A DNA stretch of 64,000 bases. It comes from Mobula hypostoma. Lineage: Eukaryota. Below the pieces are notes generated by a model. The model searched no databases and had not been told where the DNA came from. It was given only the letters and a program-made list of their open reading frames with translations. The position numbers and the translations under genes were made by a program. This document shows, in pieces, positions 36,682-48,683 of this stretch; within the stretch, counting starts at the first letter, position 1, and every line of letters begins with the position of its first letter. The stretch lies in contig NC_086121.1 of NCBI RefSeq assembly GCF_963921235.1, forward strand, positions 17,546,001 to 17,610,000, written 5' to 3'.

Positions 36682-37420
36682 CAGTGGATTCAGGTTAGTT
36701 GGGCCATTGGTTAATTGGGACAGCTGCTTATTTGGGACAACTCAAAGAAAAAAAGCTAATCAAGAAAATAGCTGGATTCTCTTCTTTTATTTGGGACACA
36801 ATTCCGCTTAATTGAATCAGGAGACTGTTGCTGAACAGTTTGCAACTAACATCAGTTGTGTGCACTCGTTTGGCTGTGCTTTAATCGAACAGTTTTTAAG
36901 TATCTTCAGCTCTGTGTGTTTGTGTTCAAAGGAAGCTGTTCTGTTTCTAGCAAATTGTCAGGAGTGAGATTGAAACTATTTCATTACTTCAACAAGTTAG
37001 GAACTACAAAGAATTTGAAGTTATCGACTATCATCTTGGATGTTACAATGAAGATGAAGATTTGGAGGATGCAATCGTCGAAAGCATTATATGAAGGCAG
37101 TCCATCAGCTACACTAGATGTCTTTGCTGATTTTGTTCAGTTGCAGTCAATCAAAAACACAGCAGCATACACTGAATGAATTCCTCCATCCATAACTATT
37201 AGGAACTAATACACAATTTTATAGTAATGTAGTAGTGTTGACAGTATTCTATTTTGTTCTATATTTCATTTAAATACGTAATTTGTTACTCAGTTAAACA
37301 ATAGTTTGTCCTTTTTTGTACCTTTTTAATTATTTCCTTGACTTCGGCTAATTGGAGCAGCCACTCAATTGGGCCAAAATGTATTAGACCTGATGTGTTC
37401 CAATTAACCGGAATCCACTG
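36682..37420 (+). mobile_element. Tigger/pogo-family MITE (internal deletion derivative of the 56362-58677 family)
   Basis: TIRs cagtggattcaggttagttgg / ccaattaaccggaatccactg|TA; both subterminal regions align with the longer copy. Confidence 0.88.
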
Positions 37421-39769
37421 TACATCTGATTGAATGAGGCCAGGATTGCCAGGATGATTCCAATAGTTATAGAATTGGCTGATTAAGAGAACAGAGGACA
37501 GAGAGAGAAGAAACAAACAAAAGAATATGTAAAATCATGAAATGCAGGCCATCGTTGGTGTATAATAGGAAACCAGGAATGCTGAAAATGCACAGCAATG
37601 TCCATAGAAAGAGAAATAGGCAAGTTAATATAAAATGGATCATCTTACAACAGGACTGGCCAGTTCTGACACAAACAGAAGTGTGTTACTGAAACTGCTG
37701 AGTTTGATTTTAATAATCAAAGGTTGTCTGTTGCTAGAAAGAAGAGTGCTTATGTGGATCTGGTCGAACACAGTGCAGGAGGTCAGAGATGTTTAGGATG
37801 GTGTAGTGGGCTAAGGAAAAGCAAGAAGCTCAGGCCTGCCAGTTTAATTTCTTTTATCCCACTCGCACTCCAACCTAGACATCTCTGACCAGATGGAATG
37901 GAGGTGCTTTGTAAATTGGCCATCTGTTATGTTTATGGCTTGTTCAATGTCATGAGCACATTAGATTGTAAAAAAAAATACAGATGTATTACTGCTTCAC
38001 CTGGAAGGTCTGTTAGGTTCCTGGATGGTGGGAACAGTGAAAGTAAAAGAACAGATGTTGCACCTCCTATGGTTGCGTGGAAAAGTGCCATGACTGAGGT
38101 GTACCAAGGAGTCACAAAAGGAACAATCCCTTCAGAAAGCCAAAAAGGAGATGTGTCTGCTGGTGGATTTCGTTTTGAAGGTGGTGGACCTTATGAAAGG
38201 TGGTCATTGAGGAAATGGCGTTGAGAGGGAAAACAGATCAGCCATGATCAAATGATGGAGACTTGAGGGGCTGAGTGGCCCAATTCTGCTCATATGTCTG
38301 ATGATTTTATGGGAAAAGAACACTGGCGTGAGGTATCCTAGCCATGCTTGGAGAAAATGAGGTGAGAGCAAAGTTGTGGGAAATAGGTGAAATGTAACTG
38401 TGGTATGGGTCCTAATGCCCTTCCCTTGGACAACATTGGTGTCATGGAGAGGGGAGACTTGCATCATGGGCAGTTGCCAGTCTTCCATACAACATTGCCC
38501 GGAGGTTGAAGACTTTCCAGCCGCAGATCCATGGTCTCGCAAGACTAACAGATGCCTTTATTTAACTGTGGAATATGTATTGCAAAGGATTCTGTGTGGA
38601 AAATATCATCAAAGCAATTACAACAGAGATGGAAGAATTGAGAAAATGGAATGGAGTTCTTATAGAAAGCAGTGTGGGAGGAAATATAGTTAACATTGTA
38701 TCTGTGTTAGATATCAGCTAATCTATCCCACTGAGATGGAGATGGAGAATATGTAAATCAAGTAATTGTGAGAACAAGGTAGAAATCAGCAGCAAGTGTA
38801 ATGACATTTCCAAGTTCTGGATGAATGCAGGAAGCTGCCTCAGTACTGAAACACAAAATGAATTGAGGGAAGGAACCTGAGCCAGATGAAACAAACTGTT
38901 CCAACCTATTCCACAAAGGTTTGGGCAAAGCTTTAGATTACACAAGTTCTTATAGCTCCATTTTTAATCTGGAGAAAGTGAATGAGGATGAAGATGTCAT
39001 TCAATGTGAGCGTAATTTCATCTGGGTGAATAAATATGCCTCTAAACAGAAGCTATTTGGCTTCTGTTCAAAGAAGTGAAAGGTCCTCAGACCACCACAC
39101 CTGGGATGGATGTGCAGAGGAACTGTATGTGCGTGATGAAGGCGAGCCTGTTAGGAAATAGAAAATTGACAAAGAAATTGAGGGCATCCGAGATGTCATA
39201 GAGTAAAAGCAAGATCAAAATAGGAAGAAATAAGTTTAATAGAGCAACAGCAGACAGAAAACAATGTGTCTGCCTCTGCAGTCCTGCTTATGGGGAGAAG
39301 GTAAAAGTGGCTAAGCCAGTGGGGAATACAAAGCTGACGGTGTTAGAGGAAGATCTCTCTAGTGAGTTTTTTTTGATATGCAGGGAATATTGGTGGCCTA
39401 TATGGTTCCATATAGAATAATTAGATTTCATTGCTTATAATAATTCTTAAGTCTTGCACAGACTGCTGCCGCAAAATAACACATTTCACGGCATTTTTCA
39501 GTCATGATAAACTTGATTGTGATTCTGATCTCTTATTTGTCTTTGTAAATTGCCATGGGAACTTGTAACAATAGATATATCCTTATTTTAATCTCTCACT
39601 CAAAAAGACAGAATTTCCGACAAATCATACCTCCTCTACCTGCCATGATCAGGCCGCAAAATTTGCTTCTTTACCTTTTTAAATTGAGTCAAATAAAGCC
39701 AAACAACTTCTAGTATTATTTTCATCCATTGCTATATTACCTAGTCCTGTCACTGTCTATATATCAAGT

Positions 39770-40410
39770 GTTGAGGTTGAGAGTTTTAAGTTCCTAAGAG
39801 TGAACATCGCCAATAACCTGTCCCTGTTGAACTACGTCAATGCCACAACCAAGAAAGTTCACCAGAGCCTAAACTTCCTCAGGAGGCTAAATAAATTTAG
39901 CATGTTTCCACTGACTGTTAACAGTTTCTATTAATGTACCAGAGAAAGCATCCGATCTGGATATATAATGGTTTGGTATTGTAACTGCTCTGCACGTGGT
40001 CAAAATAAACTGCAGAGTTTTGATCACAGCTCAGCACATCACGACAACCAATTTCTCCTCCGTGGACTCAGTATGTATGTCTCACTGCCTCTCTAAAGCA
40101 GCCAAGACCCACCCACCCTGGACATCAATTCTCCCTTCTTCCATTGGGCAGAAGACACAAAAGTCTGAAAGCAAGTACAAACAGGCTTGAGGACAGCTTC
40201 CATTCTACTGCTATAAATCTATAAAATGATTCCTTAATATGATCAGATGGACTCTTGACCTCAATCTAACCTGACCTTATTTGTTACCAGCATTCTGTTA
40301 AGGTTTTATTTTGTTCTCCCTCAGCATAATGTGTAATTATTTGATCTGTATGAACAGTATGCAGGACAAGCTTTTCACAGTACCTTGGTACACAAGATAA
40401 CAATAATAAT
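39770..40410 (+). mobile_element. Rex1/Babar-like non-LTR 3' fragment
   Basis: gttgagagttttaagttcctaagagtgaac (VESFKFL-V), cttcctcaggaggctaa (FLRRL); ends with cttttcacagtaccttggtacac...aataat. Confidence 0.7.
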
Positions 40411-41060
40411 CCAACTCCAATCTACATTGTGTTACTTCTCATTGGATGTATGCAAACTTTCACTTTCAGGGGAGCAACCTTATTTGTTCTGCATCTTACC
40501 TCCTTATTTTGCTGTACCCCTACCTTTGTGTCAGGTCAAAATAACACCTTGATACCTTGAGCCGTCAGATGGCTGTACTAATTGCTGCATCTACTAGATA
40601 TTTAATTTTTCTTCTTCTGTAGAACTCTGTGGTAATTCTATAAATGACCCTGTACTTGCTGGTTGGCAAATAACACTGCAGTAAGACTTTCCACCAAGAA
40701 CAATTATTCTACACTATTTGCATCTACGCATCTACCAACATGAATAAAGGCAGGTATTTTCATCCAATACTTTTTCTCTCACCAATGCTCACGTGTTAAT
40801 CTGAATATATAAACCATCTGTCAAGAGTGAAAATGTAAGAATACTTATTAAGGGGAACCATTGAGGTTAGGTGCAAAGTGTATCATTCTACATCTAATAG
40901 TTCCCTACCTGATCTAGGGTCTTGAGAAATATAGTGAGAATTTTACTCAGGATCAGTCCCTTGTGCACTTGTTCCTTTGGTTTGATTTCCTTTAATATGG
41001 TGTGAGAAAGGGAAAAAGAGTCATAACAGGTTCATCAATTAAAATACCAATAGTTAAATC

Positions 41061-41066
41061 TTTATT
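41061..41066 (-). terminator. Probable distal PHF13 polyadenylation signal (3'UTR ~2.8 kb)
   Basis: AATAAA on the minus strand within TGTAAATAAA, followed by U-rich sequence; the intervening region is AU-rich and repeat-poor. Confidence 0.55.
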
Positions 41067-41692
41067 TACAAAATAACTTCCGATATACACGTACAAAGTT
41101 TCACAGAAACAAGGTTTTCTTTGTTCCGCTTTGATAAACCTTCCATGGAGACATTTCAACATTCCTTGCAACATCACTGCAAAGTGTCCCTAAATCAGAG
41201 ACTTGTTAGTCTTGCATGACAAAGTACTGCAGATATTCCCATTGGGAGCAAAAGCACCCACCAGTCCTTGTAAAGTTGCAAAGCTGCTTTATAAAAGTCA
41301 CCCTCATTAAAATAACTAAAATGGGGTTGCGGCTAGGATAAGTTTTCCTCTGGAAGAGTGTGATAAAATGAGTTTTGATCACATACCAAGGAACATTTTA
41401 CAACTATGATTTACTACGATAGATTTCTGGGATCCTTATGAATTAAATTGTATATGTGTCAGATATGGGTTTTATCTCCTGATAAAGTTGACTTTCTTTC
41501 AACAGTTCTACAGGGATCAGTCACCTTCCACCTGCTGGCCATTCCAGCTATTATTTACATCTCAAGCCTTGAGAGTGAGAGAGAGTGTGTGTGTGTGTAT
41601 TAATTTTCTCTGATTAACACACCTGACCCCATCTCTGTCCTTGCTCACTGTCCAACAATGCAAACGCTAGCAATCACAACTAGGACTAAAGG

Positions 41693-41878
41693 GACAAGAG
41701 ATTCTGCAGATGTTGGAAATCCAGAGTAACACATACAAAATGCTGGAGGAACTCAGCAGGTCAGACAGAATCTATGGACCAGTCCTGATGAAGCATCTCA
41801 GCCTGAAATGTTGATTCTTTATTCCTCTCCATAGATGCTGCCTAACCTGCTGAGTTCCTCCAGCATTTTGTGTGTGGT
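41693..41878. mobile_element. Palindromic Penelope-derived mini-element in the probable PHF13 3'UTR
   Basis: Inverted arms caaaatgctggaggaactcagcagg / cctgctgagttcctccagcattttg; TSD ACTAAAGG at 41685-41692 and 41879-41886; hammerhead remnant at 41780-41816 (+). Confidence 0.82.
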
Positions 41879-43892
41879 ACTAAAGGTTCTGAATCTTATC
41901 TGATTTTCAATGGGAAATGAACCTAGGCTTTTCCCCTCATAAAATGATTGTTTCCTCACATCCCAATCCTAAACATGGGGAAAGTAAGTCTGAGGAGGTA
42001 GTTTTATTGACAAGGGAGACAACCAGTTCACACTTTTCTTGTAGCGGCAAAATATGGGGTGGGGGAAAAGGGAATATTCTGGCGGATGAAATTTTGTATT
42101 ATTTGAATGAGTGACTGAGGAGGCAAATTAATCTTGTGTGCATTAGTGCAAAGGGGATTGATTGTCAGACATCTTTTAGTACCCACTATATCTTTTATCC
42201 CCATAATTACATCTAGCTAGCCTAGATCATTGGTTATAGTGGTAAGACACAGAAAACAAAGATGGGCAAGTAGGTGAGATGTACAGTAAGGGGAGGATTC
42301 TCATTTCATTTACTTTATCCGTAGGCAAAAGTTTGGGAGCTATTTCTCGTAAGTGAGTTTACTAATGTCAGGATTGAGAAGATCCAAATTGGCAAATATC
42401 CGTAGGATAAAACAGAAAATAAAAATGCAGGTACAATATTTTACGGCAATATACATTTTGCAGTATATAGAGAAGGAAGGTTGCACAAGAAAGACAATCC
42501 CCTTCATGTAGCTAGAAGACCAGATTAAAAAAAAACAGATGAATGATATGGGGACACTTCAATAGACAGTGATCTCCTACTCACATAAACTTTTAGCTGG
42601 ACTTACTATTCTGAATTAATTCCAGTACGTTGCCATAACAGATCTAATGTACCATCAACAGATAGGATTTTAAAAAAACACATCTGAACTAAATTGTAAA
42701 CAGACTTTTTAAACAGCTAACTTTCAACCAGCAGTTTAATGTTATTGTCTGTAAACAACATAAAGATGGAGATCAATTCAATGACCATTTAAAAACTAGC
42801 TCCTAAGGATCTCATTTTCTCCTTCTCACTGTAGGAGTTTGTTTTTAAGTACCAAATGTTAGGCATCAGAAACTGTGTAAAGTCTGCTCAAAAATAATAA
42901 AAAAGAAATAATCTTAAAAAAGAATTCCAAGTTGCTTTCCCCATTCCAAATCCTTCTAGTAATGTCAGTCACACTACAAAAAAAAAATGAACCCACCCAT
43001 CAAATGTTTTAACACAGTTATCTACCTTTCCAGAAAGAATATTTAGTTCTGGTTCAATTGTTATTGACTTTTTTTAATGCAGGTGGGCAAATTATATCAT
43101 TGGTACCAAAAAGGGCATTGTTTTCTCTTGATACAACAGTAAAATCCAGGAAATATGAAAAAAAAAAGGCAAACATCACTTGTGAAGAGAGATGTTATAG
43201 CATCAAATGTGTATCCTGGCTGGAAATTAAGATACTTTAACCCACCTTTACTGACTGAATATGAAAGAGTTGAAGTGTATTTACAGCATCTTTAGGTTTT
43301 ATTGCACTGTTAAATGCCAGGCTACTAGTTAAAGGTATTACTTATTTTTCCCCCTTTCTCAATTTAGAGTGTTTTAAGGCTTTGTCTATTGCACTGGGCC
43401 CCTTTTGTTTGCTTGAGACTCTTAATAACAAAGGAGTGCAGAGGAAGGAAGATGAGAACGATGAACTAAGATTATTGCCATCTTTACTTTCTCTTGTGGA
43501 TTTTCTTATTTTGAACTCAGAGGCGGTGGAGTCAGGGTGATAACCAACAGAAGGCTCAGAAGGGTAAAGGAAATGTTGTTTGTAGTTGGCATGTTTGCCC
43601 CCACCTCCCACACCACCCCACCCCCGATGCCCAAATTCCATCCCATGATAGACTAGCCAAGACTATAATTGATATAGTAGTCTTGTAGGTTCTGAAATGG
43701 AAATCATGAGGGTGTGCAGAAAGAAAGTCAAAAAAGCAGGCAATTCTTGCATGAATGGGTGGAAGTCTCCAAGCAAGTCCATCAGGATCTTTTGTCTTAA
43801 AAAAAGGCTTGTTTTTTTGCCTCATTATCATTTCAAGATTCTCTTTTCTCTTTCCCAGGTATAAAACAAATCAAGAAAAAGCTTCTGACACC

Positions 43893-44119
43893 TCAGTCAA
43901 GGAAATGCTTTCTGCAGCCGGTCCGGGACCGGTTTGATCGTCGAATATCACATTTGGAGTCTCGGCACCTTTGACAGACATACACCTCCGGGACATTGGA
44001 CTTGCGGATTTTTGCACAGGACAGGTGGATCCAGGTACCACACTCATTACACTCTATCATTGGACGTCCAGCAAATGGCTTCATGCAGTAACACGTCACC
44101 AGATCCCAAGAATCATCAT
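43893..44119 (-). CDS. PHF13: PHF13 terminal exon (PHD finger, H3K4me reader)
   Basis: gaacag|AT GAT GAT TCT TGG; [55 protein letters not shown]...HFLD*; C4HC3 PHD; total CDS 966 nt = 321 aa. Confidence 0.97.
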
Positions 44120-46042
44120 CTGTTCAGGGGAGAACTTTCAAAAGTTAATTATCTCACATCAGGTAATAACATCTTGCAAATATTCACATCAGTTTTCACA
44201 AGGTGAGGAACTCCTTGACAGTTGACTTGGATTGTATTTGTTATTATGAAGGAGAAAACTACACATTCCTTTGTGCATAACTGTTTTCATATATAACAAA
44301 GTGACAATAACCAGGTTAACCGATGACAGTGAAGAGATAAATATTGATGAGTATAGTGGTTAGGAATTTTTATTTTTACACCCAACTCAGAAGGCAAATG
44401 AAGCCTCAGTTTGCCATCTCAATTTAAATGTCACACTCATTAAAATGTTGCACTTTCTCAGTATTGACACTATAAATGTAATCCCAGATCTTTTGTTCAA
44501 GTGCATGGAGTGCACCTTGATCTTGAGGCAAATGTTATCCATGCACTGTATTGGGACCTGTATGGTCACTGAAGTGAAGCATAAAAGGGCAGCCAGAAGA
44601 CTTAATTTTAAGGACATTAATCAATGGCCAAGGACAACAATATTTCTCAGTCCTAGTTTGAGCAGGACCACCTCTACTTTGACTGTTTGACCAAATTTCT
44701 GCTTTTCTGATGAGAATTACTACATCTGTGGAAATAGGTTGGGGTAACAGCTGTCATATCAAAAAAAAGCATGAGAGCGAATGAAAATGATGCTGACCTA
44801 TTGATCTGCTTTGATTTGTAACCTTCAATATCCTGATCTTAAAGATTAATTGAAATAATTCATTACAGTTTTCTATAGACTTTCTATACCCTTGTATGAT
44901 TTGCTTTCAGGTCATCCTAACAGCCAAGTTCTAATGTCAAAGTTATTCCCCTTTCCTCCAGACCAGGGATTCCCAAAATTTTTTAAACCATGGACCCCAA
45001 ATTGAGAACTCCTGCTCATCACTAAAGTAAATAGCTTCTATCTAATTTCTTTCTATCAGATCAAACCTTTTATTATCTTACATACTCTGAATAGATCATA
45101 CATAATCTGAACAAATATAATTTTAACATTAGAGCAAAATGGGAATCAGCTTTGCCCAATAACCATCAAGTGAAGAATTGGCTTAGTGTGAAAATACATA
45201 AAATCTTACTAACCAAGAAGACCTCAAGTTGTCACAGAGTTTGTTGATCTTAAGAAAGGCTCAAAGCAAGTTAAAACCAGTCTTGGTAAACTGAGGTACA
45301 AAGAGATCGCTCATGTGCCCTCTACTGGAAGGTGCCTGTACAATCATAATTGCCATATAAAAAAGACTGGATGTGATTTCCCCACAAGTTTAAATTCCAA
45401 GTGGCTTAATTTATAAACTACAGAAAAAGGTGAAGGGAGGGAGGAGCTGGTATGCTCCAAACAACAATAGAATCAAACCCAAGCAACGTTCTAGAGATAG
45501 AGTTTTGGACATGATTGCTCATGAAGAGAGCAAGCCATTTAGTTTTTGTAAATTGAACTCCAGAATTTACTGCATGATGTACACTAAACGACAGGGATTA
45601 ATAAGTGAACCTTTTAGTCTATGTGCATTTGTAATGGGTAAGTAGTTGCCAAACACACGAACCAATGATAATAATGAACGGGCTCCATGCAATAAAGCGA
45701 GTGCTGTCACTAGTTATTTGTATGTTTATGACATATTTATTCCAAACACAAGAGTCATGGCCTGATCCTTGCTAGTCCTAGAGATTACAAATACATCCCA
45801 AGAATTGATGAGGTACCATTCATCACATGGGTATGGCAATCAAAAGCTGGCCTTTGTCACGATGCTTAAGGGTTAATTCTTATGCCACGATGCTCAAGGG
45901 TTAATGCTTAATTGGTTATCAATTTGTAAATCATATAATCTGCTGTTAGTTTTGGTGGTTAATAGTTTGAAAATAAACCACCTATTTTTAGATTTATCAT
46001 GGTGTGTTACTCCATTGATGATTACACATTACTAAGGACAGA

Positions 46043-46140
46043 GAAACACACACCAAAGTTGCTGGTGAACACAGCAGGCCAAGCAGCATCTGTAGGAAGA
46101 GGTGCAGTCGACGTTTCAGGCCGAGACCCTTCGTCAGGAC
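46043..46140 (-). mobile_element. Solo ~100-bp Penelope terminal-repeat fragment in PHF13 intron 3
   Basis: Near-identical to 7825-7921; flanked by AGGACAGA at 46035-46042 and 46136-46143. Confidence 0.85.
46105..46140 (-). ncRNA. Minimal hammerhead ribozyme motif with intact core, sense to PHF13 pre-mRNA
   Basis: minus strand: gtc CTGACGA AGG-gtctcgg-CCT GAAA CGTC gactg; palindromic ACGT; stem I only 3 bp. Confidence 0.65.
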
Positions 46141-46318
46141 AGACATGTGTCACCTCAGTTAACCCAGTCAACCAAGGGGACATTACTTGTCCACACAACC
46201 TAACCTCAGGTTTGAACAATTGTACCAGCCAAAGCAGAAGACACACATTGAGTCTGTAACACAGAGACATACACACAAGGATGACCATCAGTAACAGCCA
46301 TCAGTACATGGCACTCAC

Positions 46319-46919
46319 CAGAATCCACCATGATATCCTCGTCATTGCCTGTTGTATCCACATCCCTGAACACAACCTGCTTTCCCTGACGGAAAACAGT
46401 TCTGTGTCGTTCCACTTTTTCACTTTTTATCGTCTCATTTATTGTTTCTGTTGCAGTAACTGGCACAAAAGAACCGTCCTGGCCTTTACTTGGGAAGTCT
46501 GTGAGGGGCTCAGGGGCAAGAGATACTGTGTTAATAGGAAGTGGTGCTGTGTCCACTGCATCATGTTCAGTGAGTTCTTGTTTGGTCACTGGATCCAAGT
46601 TGGGTGATTCCTGCTTGACAGATTCCTCAACGTGCTGTTCTTCTATCCTCGGGCTTTCCTCTTTTGTCCTCACCTTGTGCTTCCTCTTCATCTTGTCAGA
46701 CTTCCTACGATTGAAGGCAGGCAGCAGGAAGCCACCAGATTTGTGATGCTTAAGAAATGAATAAGGTTTGGCTCGCTTGAAGCTTGTTAGAGTTTTCCTG
46801 CGTTTAGCCTTGGAAGGAACAGACAATGGAAGATCATTGTAGCGAAGATCCCAGGGCTCACTATCTGCTGTGCTGCCTGTGCTGTTAGGAGGACTGGAGC
46901 TGGTCCGTAGAGGCAAATC
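46319..46919 (-). CDS. PHF13: PHF13 coding exon 3
   Basis: ttcttttcag|GAT TTG...TCT G|gtgagt; DLPLRTSSSPPNSTGS...RTVFRQGKQVVFRDVDTTGNDEDIMVDS; 601 nt, phase 0 to 1. Confidence 0.94.
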
Positions 46920-47931
46920 CTGAAAAGAAAAAAAGGTAACACATCTTATCAGGTCAAAGAATAACGAGGAGTCCAGCATTGTGCAATAGAAAGAACTCTC
47001 ATCTAACAGTCAGAAAGATGTGCGATCAAGTCCAACTTAAAAATCTTGAGCGCACAATCTGGGCTGACAATCTTGAGCTGAATGGAGAATGGGAGCAGGC
47101 TACTTGGGGCATGCATCAATTTTCTTTAGCCCTTACACAATTATTTTTGAATCCATGACCTGAGACAGTAACACCTCTATCAATAAAAATGGATCATTTT
47201 GGTGCAGCACTTGCATGATATTTGCAGAATCTGGTTAAAATTTGTTTTGACCATGGTTGGGGGGTGGCAGTGTGGTGAAGAAGAAGATAGAGAAATTCAG
47301 GAGGGGTCAGAGGGATGGAGAAACAAAGATGTAGTTAGTGAGTGGGGAGTGAAATGAGCTGGCTAAAAGATAAGGGGAAGGCTAAATGAGGTGGGGGGAA
47401 GCAGGAGGGGGTAGGGAAAGGGTGAGAGGTATTGAAGAGAAAGGAGGGAGAGGATGAGGAGTTGAGAATGGAGTTAGTGAGGATGGGCAGTTGGTTGTTC
47501 GAGGGAAAGAAAGGACAGAGGGACTGAAGAGGTGGGCATAAATGAGTGAGGTCGAGGCTGATTCACCTCAACATTTTCCTTCCTCATCTCCATCTCCTTC
47601 AATTTCTTTCATAATCAGAAATCTATAAATCGCAGATTCTGTATGGAATCAGCATTTGAATCTTTATAGCACTCAAGGGTACACAATCTCCAAGATTTGG
47701 GGAGAAAACAGGGGAATGGAGTTTTAAAAAATCAGCCATGAATGAACGGTAGCCGGACTCGATGGGCTGAATGGCTTAATTCTGCTGCCATATCTACTGC
47801 CTTAAGGAATTTTGATTCAATGAAGTTATCTCTTATTCTTTTAAACTCCAGAGACCTAGAAGACACGAGTTTCTCAAATGTGACTCACTGTCCCAGGGAC
47901 CAGCCTGACAAATCTTCATAGCAGGTGTTTA

Positions 47932-48478
47932 CACTCAGTGGCATTCACTTTATTAGGTACACCTGCTCATTGATAAATATCTAATCGGCCAATCATGTGG
48001 CGGCAACTCAACGCATAAAAGCATGCAGACATGGTCAAAAGGTTCAGTTGTGTTCAGACCAAACATCAGAATGGGGAAGAAATGTGATCTCAGTGACCTT
48101 AACTGTGGAATGATTGTTGGTGCCAGACGGGGTGGTTTGAATATCTCAGGAACTGCTGATCTCATGGGATTTTCATGCAAACAATCTCTAGAGTTTATAG
48201 AGAATGGTTCAATAAACAAACAACATCCAGCGAGTGGCAGTTCTGTGGATGAATAAAACACCTTGTTATTGAAAGAGGTCAGAGGAGAATGGCCAGACTG
48301 GTTCAGACACCTTCAGACTGGAAGGTGACAGTAACTCAAGTAACTACATGTTACAACAGTGGTGTGCAGAAGAGCAAATCTGAATACACGTTACTTCGAA
48401 CCTTGAAGTGCATGGGCTACGGCAGCAGAAGACCACACCGGGTTCCCCTCCTGCATGTAATAAAGTGGCCACTGAGTG
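47932..48478 (+). mobile_element. Non-autonomous Tc1-like element retaining the N-terminal HTH region
   Basis: TA|cactcagtggcattcactttatta ... taataaagtggccactgagtg|TA; MGKKCDLSDLNCGMIVGARRGGLNISGTADLMGFS. Confidence 0.9.
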
Positions 48479-48581
48479 TATATTTTTTAAATAGGCAGCA
48501 TTACCAAAATTTGTACACAGTATTAGAAATGCGGTCTCATCTAGCTGTACATAAATTGTAGTAAGAATAACCAAAACTCAC

Positions 48582-48683
48582 TTCCTGAGGACAAGGGATA
48601 TACCCAGCATAAACCAACACAAAAGTGCAGAATTTGTTAAAGTCTTCCACTGTTCTGCTCCTCTTATCAGATGGGGAGTAATC
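48582..48683 (-). CDS. PHF13: PHF13 coding exon 2 (conserved N-terminal domain)
   Basis: ttcccag|GAT...GAA|gtgagt; [34 protein letters not shown]; 102 nt. Confidence 0.96.

Noticed and set aside
45858-45910. 28-bp tandem duplication starting tgtcacga, considered as an LTR end
   Set aside because: No second LTR, PBS or internal domain; treated as a local duplication
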